DNA from: a virus
Lineage: Duplodnaviria; Caudoviricetes
Reading direction: 5' to 3' (one strand)
DNA length: 27,313 nucleotides
IMG/VR virus record: IMGVR_UViG_3300030376_005399
Location: 1-27,313 of that record
Positions 16,760 to 26,335 of the stretch are shown here, one piece after another. The stretch's first letter is position 1. Each line of letters opens with the position of its first letter. The notes beneath the pieces were generated by a model that saw only the letters and a program-made list of their open reading frames with translations, did no database searches and was not told the origin of the DNA. Made by a program: the position numbers and the translations under genes.

Positions 16760-17601
16760 TGGCAATAGCAGCATTAGCAGCAGGATTAGGAGCAAGCCTT
16801 TTGAAAAAAGGGCCAAAGATTCCTAAGTACAATAAAATAGACCAAGCAAAAGAACAGAGTGCTGCAATCAGTAGCAATCTAGCTAGCTTCTCAGATGCTA
16901 GAGAGCTTGCAGCTAAAACCAGTGCAGCGGATCAAGAAATACTAATGTCAAATCTTGAAGCTGTTATTCCTAATTATAGGAATTTAGTTGGGGGAGCTGG
17001 AGATGCGATAGGGAATATGATTGCTGGGAATCTTCCTATGGCAGACCAAGGCTTAACTATGAGGCGAGCAGCTGAAGGGGGTGTCGGCCTAGGGCTTGCT
17101 GGTAGTGCTGCCGGAAGAAATCTTGTAGCTCGTGACTTAGGTTTAACCCAGTACGGGATGACTCAAGCTGGGCTAGGTGCGTTAAACCCTTTCTTGTCTA
17201 CAGTTAGAAGTACAGGAGTTGCTGCCCCGATGGGTGTTGGACAGTCTTATGTTAACCCAAATCAATACATACAAAACTCTATGAGAGATAATCAGTTTGC
17301 TTACAACGCAGCTGTAGGGAAAGCACAGTCTGATGCAGCCAATGACCCTTTTAATAGAGCAATGAATTTTGTATCTGGAGCAGCTGGGATGTATACGGGT
17401 AATTACGGACTGGGCCAAGGGCTATCCGCTGGTATGGGTGGCGGTGGCGGAGGAGGTTTTATGTCCGGCATCAAGTCTGGGCTTGGAAGAATTTTCGGGG
17501 GAAGCAGCAGCTTGCCCACAAACCCAACACCAATAGGAGTTGGATTTAACCCAACAACAGGAGCTTCAACCAGCTACCCAGCTGGATATGGAAGACAATA
17601 A
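16759..17601 (+). CDS. Putative DNA ejection / pilot protein
   Basis: 280 aa, Gly/Ala-rich, hydrophobic N-terminus MAIAALAAGLGASLL and a Gly run. It is the first of three genes of increasing size, as with P22 gp7/gp20/gp16 or T7 gp14/15/16. Confidence 0.6.
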   Translation: MAIAALAAGLGASLLKKGPKIPKYNKIDQAKEQSAAISSNLASFSDARELAAKTSAADQEILMSNLEAVIPNYRNLVGGAGDAIGNMIAGNLPMADQGLTMRRAAEGGVGLGLAGSAAGRNLVARDLGLTQYGMTQAGLGALNPFLSTVRSTGVAAPMGVGQSYVNPNQYIQNSMRDNQFAYNAAVGKAQSDAANDPFNRAMNFVSGAAGMYTGNYGLGQGLSAGMGGGGGGGFMSGIKSGLGRIFGGSSSLPTNPTPIGVGFNPTTGASTSYPAGYGRQ

Positions 17602-17604
17602 AAA

Positions 17605-18621
17605 ATGGCTGAACCAGTAGATTATTTTATGCAGGGCGTAGGGCTGGGACAACGATCTCGGTCTATTCGCAATCAAGAAGATCAGTTTCGCACTAACTTA
17701 GCTGAACGTGCTAGGCAAGCTAATGCACAGCTTGATCTAAGAAAGCGACAAGTTGATTCTCAAGTTTCAAGAGATAATCTTTATGCTAGAAAAATAGATT
17801 TTGATCTAGAGACAGCAACAACAAACGCTAACAGAGAAACGACTGAGCTGAAACTACTTGGTGATTATCAATCTGCACTGTCTAGTTTTGACCTCAGTGA
17901 CCCAACTCAAAAACTACCCTTTCCGCCTCAAGGCTTGACGGGCGCACGTCTTCAATCGGCAATTGCGCTTAGAGAGAATATAGGGGGGTCACAAAAAGAA
18001 CTTTTAAGCTATAGGGTAGCCAAGAAAGAAGAGGATGATTTTTTTGATCTAACAGTAAATCACGGACTGCCTAAAAACTACTTATCCTTACCTCCAGAAA
18101 ATCAAAACATTGCTTTGGATTCTGCTAGAAGGCTTCGCGCTAAAAGAAGGGCTGTGCAAATTGCTAGTCAGATGGGTCTGACAATAGACGACTTAAAGAA
18201 AACCAAGACAGGAAAATCCATCGGAGTTTTGCAAGGGGCCACTGCCCCCAACACAAGTATTAATATTGTAGAAGCTTTTTATAACCCAGAAACGGGCGAT
18301 CTTGAAGAGGACTTGTTAAGAGGAGAGTTAAAACCTCTGTCTCCGTTTGAAGTAAAAAGTAAACAAAAATACTCAACTGGAACAACTGTTGAAAACTTAG
18401 CTAGAAAACTAACTAAAGATCAAAAAAAATCATTAGAGATTGCTAATTTATTAAAAAGCTTTGGTTCAAATCTTTACATTAAAGATGAAATGAATGAGGA
18501 AAGAATAAATCCTATTGCATTGCAACGGTTAAAACAAATTGACCCAAATATGAACTTTGATGCTATTGGCGGTGATTCATTTGAATCAGGTTTTCAAGAC
18601 TTTCTACAAAATCAAAACTAA
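17605..18621 (+). CDS. Putative internal virion / ejection protein
   Basis: 338 aa with an N-terminal FMQGVGLGQ motif followed by a coiled coil, between the pilot and giant protein genes. Confidence 0.5.
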   Translation: MAEPVDYFMQGVGLGQRSRSIRNQEDQFRTNLAERARQANAQLDLRKRQVDSQVSRDNLYARKIDFDLETATTNANRETTELKLLGDYQSALSSFDLSDPTQKLPFPPQGLTGARLQSAIALRENIGGSQKELLSYRVAKKEEDDFFDLTVNHGLPKNYLSLPPENQNIALDSARRLRAKRRAVQIASQMGLTIDDLKKTKTGKSIGVLQGATAPNTSINIVEAFYNPETGDLEEDLLRGELKPLSPFEVKSKQKYSTGTTVENLARKLTKDQKKSLEIANLLKSFGSNLYIKDEMNEERINPIALQRLKQIDPNMNFDAIGGDSFESGFQDFLQNQN

Positions 18622-18623
18622 AT

Positions 18624-21600
18624 ATGCCATCAGATGTTCTTAATTATGCTAGGCAAAAATACCCCAGCGTAGCAGATGCTTCCGATAAAGACTTAACTGT
18701 TTATATTGGAAATAAGTACCCATCTTTATTGAAGCAAGACGAGCAGTTTGCTTCTGAGTTTAAAAGCTACACAGCTCCAGAGCATAGTTTTTCAGAAGAC
18801 TTTGGTAAGTCGTTTGTTGCTTCTATTATTCACGACACTCCAGCTGCTATATATTCAACTTTACAGTCGTACTTTACTGGGATGGGAGAAGTTGACCTTT
18901 CTGCTTTTGAGGTAGTTAGTCCGGTAGGAATGGCTTTAAGAACTTTTGCACCAGAAACTTCTAAGTCTGTTCGAGATACTCTTGGGCAAACAATGAAAGA
19001 GCTTGCTGATGAGTCTAAAAAAATGGGGCAAGCTTTGCGTGAGACAGGAGAAATCGCAAAAGGAGTTACAGACGCTAAGTTTGACAGAGGCGTAGATCAA
19101 GATAGCTGGGGAAGCACTTTTGGAGCTGGAGCAGGAAGTCTTGTTCCTATTTTTGCAACAGGCGGAGCTTTAGGTGTTGCTGGCGTAACTGGGCGAGCAG
19201 CTTACGGGACTGTAATGGCTGTAGGTGGATTACAAGAATTTGGCTCCACGTTTCAGACTGCTCAAGAAAAGTATTATCAAGCTGGAATTGAAAGTGGATT
19301 AACGGAAGAACAAGCTGCAAAGCAAGCTGAACAAAAAGCAATGCTCCCAGCTGCTGCAAGAGGTGGCACTGTTGTGGCTTTAATGGCGGCAGGAGGAACA
19401 TTAGCAAAAAAACTTGGAGCAACTAACATAGAGGGATTTGCAGCAGGTATGCGAAATCCTAGTACTACTAAAGCTTTAGATACTGTAGCTAAGGGAGCTG
19501 GTCTTCGTTCAACAAAAATAAAATGGAATGAAAAACTAGGAAAGTTTACCCCTATCCCGACAGGCGCAGTTATTGAAGGTGGGGAAGAAGCTGGAACAAG
19601 CTGGATTGGTGAATACTTGATCGCAAGGCACTCGTATGATCCGAGTGTTACTTTTGAACAAGCAAATGCTGAAGCTTGGAAATCTTTTGTAGTTGGCGGC
19701 ACTCTCGGTGGTGTTGTTGGTGGGGTTCAAAAAATGGCTGAATCCGCCCCAGACCCAATTGAAGCAGCAAAGCGAGATACAATAAGAAAAGTTGCTCCTT
19801 CAACAGCTTCTAAGTTGGATGAGATGGATGCTGCTTCTCGTGTGCTTCCAGATGAAGAGGTGGGCGATGCAGTTACTTCTCCAGACGGCACTGATCCAGA
19901 TGTAATTGATATTAGAAGAAGCAAGACTAAGGACAGTCCTGCTAGAGAAGCTGTTGTTAAAAAACTCACAAAAGATGGCAAAGTTAAAATGCCTTCTTGG
20001 TGGGATAGATACGAAGGAACTCCAGATCCAGAAGGCTCTCCAACTGATGCCCCTACTGGATTACGTTACGCTGATCAAAGTACGGTTGATCGGTTTATAG
20101 AAAATGAAGAAGCCAAGAATGAGCTGTCTAAAGTTTCTGTTGAACAGGATGAGAATGGCGAATGGGAGCTTAAAAGTGACGGTAAAGCTGTAGATCTTTT
20201 TGAGAACGAAGCAGAAGCTAATGAAGCTGCAAGGTCTTTAGCTTTAAGCAAAGTTAACCCCGCTACAAAGAAGAGAATAAAAGACTTCAAGAAATTAACA
20301 AAAGACTTGAGGCGGGTTCAGGATTTAGAAATTGAAAAACAAAAAGTTGCAGCTGAGCTGGAGCAAGAAAAGAAAATCCAAGAAGGCTCTCTGCGTCGGG
20401 TTGAATCAGAAGTAAAAGGGAAAAAGGTAACAAGAATTGAAGAGGTTGGCCCAGAGGAAAGACTTCCTGATGTTACGGATGAAGATATAACATTCGTGGC
20501 TGAAGCTTTAGGGATCAAAGAAGAAGACTTACCTTACTCTTTAGGCAGAGATTCTAATAATAATATTAACATCACACCTGAGATGGTTAGTGAGTTGCGT
20601 TCTGCCCCAGAAGCTGGAGTTGCTAAGTTCCTTCAGCAAGCACAAGCAAAAAGAGATGCGGAACAGTTAAAATCAGAGTTTGATACTCTTGTTGCAAAAG
20701 GAGAACAACTAGCTGAGTTGGAAAGGCAACAAGCACAAGCAGAAGCAGAAGCAGCAAATGCAGCAATAATTGCAGGGCAAACTTTAAGGGTTAGAGAAGA
20801 TAGAGCTGAGCTAAGCAGAGCTGCTGAAGAAGCAACAACTCCTGACACTGTTCAGCTAGCTGAGTTTACAGAAGAGAAGTTAGAGAGTGGGGATCTCACT
20901 GCTACTGAAGCGTCTATTTTAAACAGGCTGCAAGAAAGAAAAGTCGATCTGATTGCTGACAGCGTAGAGTTAGATGAGAGTCAACAGCAAGAGACTCTAA
21001 AAGACATCAATAATATTGATAATCAAATTGCTAATATTTTATCCGCTGAAGTCCGTACTCCTACACCCGTCACAGCTGAACAGCTTGCTCAGCTGCAACA
21101 GGCTTACGGAATGTCTGCGCCAGATGTAGAAGCCGATAGCCAGCCAACAATTAAAATTGGTGACACCGTAATTCGTATTACGGACGGTACGGCATCGTCG
21201 CCTACTCCAGCTGCAAGTCCTTTATCACAAAGGGCTCAAGCTGCTGCCGCTCAAGTTGCTTTAGCTAGATTTCAAGCAACAAGGTTAGCTGAAGCTAGCG
21301 CAAAAGCTGATGCTGATATTGCAGAACGTAAGCTTCAGCAAGAAAGAGAAGCAAACCTTCAGGCTCAACGGGACAGAAGAAATCAACCTCAAGAAATTGA
21401 TCAGAAACAAGTCTTAGATAAAGTATCAGAAGCATTATCTCGTTTAGAAAAAAGATTTAAAGGTCTGCTGGGTTTATCTGAGATACAAATCACACAACAA
21501 GACTCTGGTGCAGGGGTATACAGTCTTGCTGCTGACGGTATAACGAACACAATCTTAGTTGATCCAAAACGCTTAGCTGAAACAATGAGGAAGTCTAAAA

Positions 21601-24600
21601 ACTTCTCGTTGGAAAAAGCTTTAGAGGAAGAACTAATTCATAACCTTGACGGGCAAGCATTACAAGCTGAGTACACAAGGCAAATTTCAAATGGCGAACT
21701 TAGCTCGTCAGTTACTCTAAGTCAGTTTATTCAAAAACAATATTCTGATGTTGCTAAGGGAATGACTCCAGAAGAAAGGTCAAGTGCAAGGCAGCTTTAT
21801 GGGGAAGAGTTTAAAGACGACATTCATATGGCTCAGGAGTTTGTCCGGCAGCTGATACAGAAGCGTCATTCAAAAACAATTACAGAAGAGTCTTACCGTA
21901 AAGGACCAATCCGCAAGTTGTTAGAAATGTTAAGCAGAGCTTTTCAAACTATGAGTTTGTCTAAGCCCCTCACTGCTCACGTTAAAAATTTAGAAAGCTT
22001 TCTTGAACGGACATATAAAAAAGAAATGTCCGATGCTAAAACAGCTGCGGAAAAACAAAAAGTTAAAGAGAGTCGTGAATCAAAACGCTACGAGATTGAG
22101 TCAAGAGATCACAATAATGCTTTAACTGCTATTGATAAAGAACTCGCTAGGAATGGGAAATTTATTACTGGCAGCAACGATTATCAAGTAGCAAGGGATA
22201 AGGGTTATGATGAATGGCGCAGACTTTACGAAAAGGGCCAGCCTATTAAGATGAACCTAATAGTATATAACGCTGTTGGGAAAGTTTTAAGAGAAAATAA
22301 AGCTAAAAAAAGAGGTGGCGATTTTAATATTACTTCATTAGACAGACTCGCTGAAGAGGGTGTTGAAGTTGGAACAGATTTAACTCCAGCTGGAGAGTCA
22401 ATGACTCAGTTTCTTTCTTCGCAAAAATCTAAACTTGGACTAACAGACCAAGAGTCTGATTACTTAGTAAAATACTTTTTTACAAACACTCCTCAAAAAA
22501 CAGTTGTAGAAATAACAGGACTTAAAAAAAGCCGCGTAAGCCAGATCCACAATGCTGCATTAAGAAAAATCAGGAATCGAGTAATTAATGATCCTGAGTT
22601 TTTTGAAGAGTTAATTCAAACCACTGAAAACCCAGAGTTGTTTACACAACCAAGAGGTCCGATTGGAGCTTCAAGTGTAACTGCTTCTGAAGCTTTAGCT
22701 GATCCTAAAACAAAAGGGGTTTATAAGATCCTCTCTCAAATTGGCGACTTTAAAAAGAAGGTTTGGCGTTTCTTTGACAGCTCTGGTGGGCTTCGTATGC
22801 CTTCAGTAATGAGTGCTGATAAGCAACTCGATTTCTTCCAAAAGAAGATAGAAAAGGATGCTTATATTAACAGTGTTATGGGTGAAGTTCGCGCTAGTAA
22901 CCGCAGACTTCAAAGTGCTGTTAAAAATGAGTTTGGTAAAGAGCCTTCACCGGAACAAGTTTCAATGATGAATGACGCTTTAGCTGGTGATCCTGACGCT
23001 ATCGGAAAGCTTCCAGAAGACATTAGGAATTTGCTTGCTGAAATGCGCCAACAGATTGACGGATTATCAAAACATATTGTAAACAAAGGTTGGGTAAACG
23101 GGGAACTAAAAGCAAAGATCGAGGGTAACTTAGAAACTTACATTGCTCGAAGCTACCGCATATTCGACAACCCAGAGTATATCGACAACATCGATCCAGA
23201 GGTTGTTAACAAAGCTGTTAACTTTATCGAGAAACAACTCCTTAAAAATGGAGCCGACCCTCTAACTTCTCAACAACAAGCTATTATAGAGGTTAACGAT
23301 ATGCTGGCCAAGTACAGCGATAAAGGTGGTCGAGAATCACTGAACTCTGGTCGTTTAGGTGAAAAAGATTTGTCGTTGTTTATGAAGCGCAAGGACATAG
23401 CCCCAGAAATTCGCGCACTACTTGGTGAATACACAGACCCCGTTATGAACTACACTAGGTCGGTTACTCGTATGGCTCACTTTGTCGCTAATCATAAATT
23501 TTTAACTGACGTAAAAAAGATAGGACTTGGGGAAGTGTTCTTTGAGGAATCCGACCTTCGCAGAGGAGACTTAGAGGCTAACACTAAGATCGCTGGAACT
23601 GTTGCTGGCGTTAAAGTAAAGGAAGGGGAAGAGGATGCCAGTCGAGGCTCTTACAGTCCGTTGGCTGGTCTTTACACAACCAAAGAAATCAACGCTATTC
23701 TTAACGAGTACAATACGATGTCCAATATTATGACGGACAGTGTATTTGGTACTATGGCTAAGTTTAACGTGCTTTCTAAGAGTACTAAAACAGTAATGAG
23801 CGTTATGACTCACGTCCGTAATGCTATGGGTCAAATCCCCTTCTCTATTCTAAACGGACACAACCCGTTTGCTTACAGAAAAGCTTACAAAGCGTTTAAA
23901 GCTATATTCGCTGATGCTTCCGGCATAGGTCTTGCCAAGGGAGGCAAAGAGGCTAGGGATAAAGCTGCTAGGGATTCACAAGCTTACTTCAATAAGATGA
24001 CCCGATTAGGGTTAGTTGGGGAAGAGATGACAACAGCTGAACTCCAGCGAGTTCTCTCTGAGACTCAGGCCTACTTGGACGAGTCTACAAATGCTGAAGA
24101 ATTTTTAAGTAAAGCGACTGGTGGAATGTTGGCTAAAGCTCAGAAAGCTGGGAAAGTTTCTTTTGAAACTTTAACCCGTATATACAGAGCATCTGATGAG
24201 CTGGGTAAGATAATGAACTTCGAGATGGAGAAAGAACAGCTCCGCCCACTTTATCCAGAATTGACGGCAGCTGAGCTGGATACATTAGCTGCAAAACGCA
24301 CAAGAGGAGGTATCCCTACTTACTCTGAAATGCCTCCCGCAATCCAGCGTTTAAGAATGCAACCGTTTGTTGGACCGTTTATGTCGTTTTTCTACGAAGC
24401 GATCCGCACTCAGGTTAACAATTTAAAATATGCTAGCATTGAGTTTAAAAAGGGCGGCAGAAGTTTAAATCCAATGAACCCTTACACTCAATATGCCGCT
24501 CGAAGAATCGGAGGACACCTTGCTGTGACTGGGGTTTTCTCTTACGCACTAACTATGCTTAGCGAGATGTTTGGAGGAGTAAGTGAAGAGGAGCAAGAGG

Positions 24601-25508
24601 ATGTTCGCACCCTTCTCGCCGACTACGAAAAAGATTCACAATTTTATTTCTATCGAGACGAGAACAAGCAAATTAAGTATATTAACTTTAGCTTTAACAA
24701 CCCTTACGCAGCGACCACAGACCCAATTATGTCTGCGCTAGGTTTAAACGGTATCCAAGAGGAAGGGATGGCAGCAAATCTGACTGGCAAAATGGTTGGA
24801 ATGATGCAGCCGTTTACCTCTGAAACAATCGTTGCTCAAGCAACAGTTGACTTGCTTAGAAACACGACCCAATACGGCACAGAAGTCTACAACGAAGAGG
24901 CAAGCGATCTTGATAAAGCTTTAGATGGAATTGTGCATATTGCCAGATCCATCACACCGGGAACAGCTGACCGCATAGTCCGCAGGATGGTTCCAGCTTT
25001 CAACGAGGAAACACTCCCGTCAGGTGAAGATCCAAAATTAACTGACGAATTAGCCGCAGAGTTCACGGGCTTTAGGGTTCGGACAATTGATTACCAAGAC
25101 AAACTAACAAAAACCTCTTACGGAACTGCCAGAAGATTTAGAAACGCCAGCAAGATATTCACGCAAGTCGCTTCATCACGCGGAACAGTAAGCGATGAAG
25201 ATATGATCGACTCTTACAGTGAAGCTAACGAATCTAGGTTAAGAATCTTTAAAGAAGTAAAGAAACAGATCAACGCTGCATTACTAAGCGGCGTGTCCAA
25301 ATCTGAAGTATTTACAGCTCTCAAAGCTGGCAATCTATCTAAAGCTGACATACAGCACATACTTCGTGGGCAATACAGACCTTTAGATGTCTCTGAGTCA
25401 GTAAGAAAGAGAGCAAAACAAGCTAACCACCCAATCCCTTTGCGTGAAATTTCACAAATTAAACGAGAATACCTTCGAAAGCCACTAGATGATGAGGATT
25501 CCGAATAA
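18624..25508 (+). CDS. Giant (2294 aa) polyvalent internal virion / ejection protein with zincin-like and sigma-factor-like modules
   Basis: G/A-rich hydrophobic helices at about aa 160-370, acidic coiled coils, EEELIH at aa 1001-1006, KAKKRGG..SLD and a sigma region 4-like HTH at about aa 1226-1320, and a large helical C-terminal region. It is the last large gene of the tail operon. Confidence 0.75.
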   Translation: MPSDVLNYARQKYPSVADASDKDLTVYIGNKYPSLLKQDEQFASEFKSYTAPEHSFSEDFGKSFVASIIHDTPAAIYSTLQSYFTGMGEVDLSAFEVVSPVGMALRTFAPETSKSVRDTLGQTMKELADESKKMGQALRETGEIAKGVTDAKFDRGVDQDSWGSTFGAGAGSLVPIFATGGALGVAGVTGRAAYGTVMAVGGLQEFGSTFQTAQEKYYQAGIESGLTEEQAAKQAEQKAMLPAAARGGTVVALMAAGGTLAKKLGATNIEGFAAGMRNPSTTKALDTVAKGAGLRSTKIKWNEKLGKFTPIPTGAVIEGGEEAGTSWIGEYLIARHSYDPSVTFEQANAEAWKSFVVGGTLGGVVGGVQKMAESAPDPIEAAKRDTIRKVAPSTASKLDEMDAASRVLPDEEVGDAVTSPDGTDPDVIDIRRSKTKDSPAREAVVKKLTKDGKVKMPSWWDRYEGTPDPEGSPTDAPTGLRYADQSTVDRFIENEEAKNELSKVSVEQDENGEWELKSDGKAVDLFENEAEANEAARSLALSKVNPATKKRIKDFKKLTKDLRRVQDLEIEKQKVAAELEQEKKIQEGSLRRVESEVKGKKVTRIEEVGPEERLPDVTDEDITFVAEALGIKEEDLPYSLGRDSNNNINITPEMVSELRSAPEAGVAKFLQQAQAKRDAEQLKSEFDTLVAKGEQLAELERQQAQAEAEAANAAIIAGQTLRVREDRAELSRAAEEATTPDTVQLAEFTEEKLESGDLTATEASILNRLQERKVDLIADSVELDESQQQETLKDINNIDNQIANILSAEVRTPTPVTAEQLAQLQQAYGMSAPDVEADSQPTIKIGDTVIRITDGTASSPTPAASPLSQRAQAAAAQVALARFQATRLAEASAKADADIAERKLQQEREANLQAQRDRRNQPQEIDQKQVLDKVSEALSRLEKRFKGLLGLSEIQITQQDSGAGVYSLAADGITNTILVDPKRLAETMRKSKNFSLEKALEEELIHNLDGQALQAEYTRQISNGELSSSVTLSQFIQKQYSDVAKGMTPEERSSARQLYGEEFKDDIHMAQEFVRQLIQKRHSKTITEESYRKGPIRKLLEMLSRAFQTMSLSKPLTAHVKNLESFLERTYKKEMSDAKTAAEKQKVKESRESKRYEIESRDHNNALTAIDKELARNGKFITGSNDYQVARDKGYDEWRRLYEKGQPIKMNLIVYNAVGKVLRENKAKKRGGDFNITSLDRLAEEGVEVGTDLTPAGESMTQFLSSQKSKLGLTDQESDYLVKYFFTNTPQKTVVEITGLKKSRVSQIHNAALRKIRNRVINDPEFFEELIQTTENPELFTQPRGPIGASSVTASEALADPKTKGVYKILSQIGDFKKKVWRFFDSSGGLRMPSVMSADKQLDFFQKKIEKDAYINSVMGEVRASNRRLQSAVKNEFGKEPSPEQVSMMNDALAGDPDAIGKLPEDIRNLLAEMRQQIDGLSKHIVNKGWVNGELKAKIEGNLETYIARSYRIFDNPEYIDNIDPEVVNKAVNFIEKQLLKNGADPLTSQQQAIIEVNDMLAKYSDKGGRESLNSGRLGEKDLSLFMKRKDIAPEIRALLGEYTDPVMNYTRSVTRMAHFVANHKFLTDVKKIGLGEVFFEESDLRRGDLEANTKIAGTVAGVKVKEGEEDASRGSYSPLAGLYTTKEINAILNEYNTMSNIMTDSVFGTMAKFNVLSKSTKTVMSVMTHVRNAMGQIPFSILNGHNPFAYRKAYKAFKAIFADASGIGLAKGGKEARDKAARDSQAYFNKMTRLGLVGEEMTTAELQRVLSETQAYLDESTNAEEFLSKATGGMLAKAQKAGKVSFETLTRIYRASDELGKIMNFEMEKEQLRPLYPELTAAELDTLAAKRTRGGIPTYSEMPPAIQRLRMQPFVGPFMSFFYEAIRTQVNNLKYASIEFKKGGRSLNPMNPYTQYAARRIGGHLAVTGVFSYALTMLSEMFGGVSEEEQEDVRTLLADYEKDSQFYFYRDENKQIKYINFSFNNPYAATTDPIMSALGLNGIQEEGMAANLTGKMVGMMQPFTSETIVAQATVDLLRNTTQYGTEVYNEEASDLDKALDGIVHIARSITPGTADRIVRRMVPAFNEETLPSGEDPKLTDELAAEFTGFRVRTIDYQDKLTKTSYGTARRFRNASKIFTQVASSRGTVSDEDMIDSYSEANESRLRIFKEVKKQINAALLSGVSKSEVFTALKAGNLSKADIQHILRGQYRPLDVSESVRKRAKQANHPIPLREISQIKREYLRKPLDDEDSE

Positions 25509-25710
25509 CGAGACTAATGCAGACCAATTTGAAAATCTGCTAGAGTCTTTAATATCAAAGTTCAACGGTAAGCTCTATTACCACGAGTTGATCGGTATAC
25601 TTCATATGCACGCTACACAGTTAACCTTGGAAGCTTATAGCGTTCTTGAGGAGGAAGAGGAAGAAATAGAGGAAGATGATACAGACGGCGATGAGTGGAA
25701 AATGATCTAG
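25489..25710 (+). CDS. Hypothetical protein with an acidic C-terminal tail
   Basis: 73-aa ORF overlapping the end of the giant gene, with an EEEEEEIEEDDTDGDEW tail. Confidence 0.6.
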   Translation: MMRIPNNETNADQFENLLESLISKFNGKLYYHELIGILHMHATQLTLEAYSVLEEEEEEIEEDDTDGDEWKMI

Positions 25711-25976
25711 TTGTAGCTCATTGTAGTCTTAGTCGCCCTAGTCTTTTTAATTTCCTTAGACATATCAGCAAGCACATCAGCGTGTTTCCCTAATTTAGCT
25801 GCCAGCTTAGGATCTCCTTTTGCTATAACGCAGTCAATTAAAGCTTCCATAGCAAAAACACTCTGCTCAATCGCTTCCTCTTCTGCGTTGTCTATCCCAA
25901 ACCACTTTAAACGTAAGGGCTCAACTATATAAGGCTTACGCTCAATAGCACTAACATTTCTACTGGTCGCCTTCAT
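25707..25976 (-). CDS. Hypothetical protein (about 89 aa)
   Basis: This is the 3' part of track ORF 25707..26126. The ATG at 25976 gives a short overlap with the upstream gene instead of a 167-bp one. Confidence 0.5.
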   Translation of the reverse strand: MKATSRNVSAIERKPYIVEPLRLKWFGIDNAEEEAIEQSVFAMEALIDCVIAKGDPKLAAKLGKHADVLADMSKEIKKTRATKTTMSYN

Positions 25977-26256
25977 CACTCCAATATGCTGCGCGTATAG
26001 GCGGCACTGGGTCAAGCAGCTTCTTCTTTCTAGCTTCCAACCTGCGATTCCTAGCGCGTTCAACATAATAGCCTTCCGGCCTATTCCTAGACTTAGATCC
26101 AGAGAACCGAAACAAGCCTCCCCCACACTCGCCGCACTCCGCTTTTAAACCCAGTTTCTGTTTAGTCTCAACCTCTACAACGTCAACCATCTCACGCTTC
26201 TCGTTGCACTTAACACAATACGCCATAAGAGGCTCTGGCTTGCTTTCTGCGCTCAT
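25960..26256 (-). CDS. DUF5679-like zinc-ribbon protein
   Basis: AYCVKCNEKREM...KAECGECGGGLFRF matches the YCVKC..KREM..CxxCG..FR pattern, followed by a basic tail. The ATG at 26256 was chosen as the start. Confidence 0.7.
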   Translation of the reverse strand: MSAESKPEPLMAYCVKCNEKREMVDVVEVETKQKLGLKAECGECGGGLFRFSGSKSRNRPEGYYVERARNRRLEARKKKLLDPVPPIRAAYWSDEGDQ

Positions 26257-26335
26257 TTGATATGCAAATAATGTAACCACAGCTCAGAGATGTAAAACTC
26301 TATTAAAGACCTATTAGCGGCCTCAGAATTAGTAG

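Noticed and set aside
17432-17456. GGT/GGC/GGA run as a DNA repeat element
   Set aside because: It simply encodes the poly-Gly tract of the pilot-like protein with mixed codons.
3122-23834. The many 60-140 aa ORFs antisense or out of frame within the large genes (e.g. 4118..4396, 5455..5730, 14155..14523, 19277..19702)
   Set aside because: They are fully nested in well-supported genes and have the Ser/Leu/Phe-rich composition of shadow frames, with no recognisable motifs.
18624-25508. Virion RNA polymerase (N4 or crAss type) as the identity of the giant protein
   Set aside because: I could not find a DxDGD/DFDID double-psi motif or convincing T7-type polymerase motifs by eye. A profile search is needed to exclude it fully.
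25977-26126. N-terminal extension of ORF 25707..26126
   Set aside because: It overlaps the DUF5679-like gene in another frame, and the ATG at 25976 is more parsimonious.
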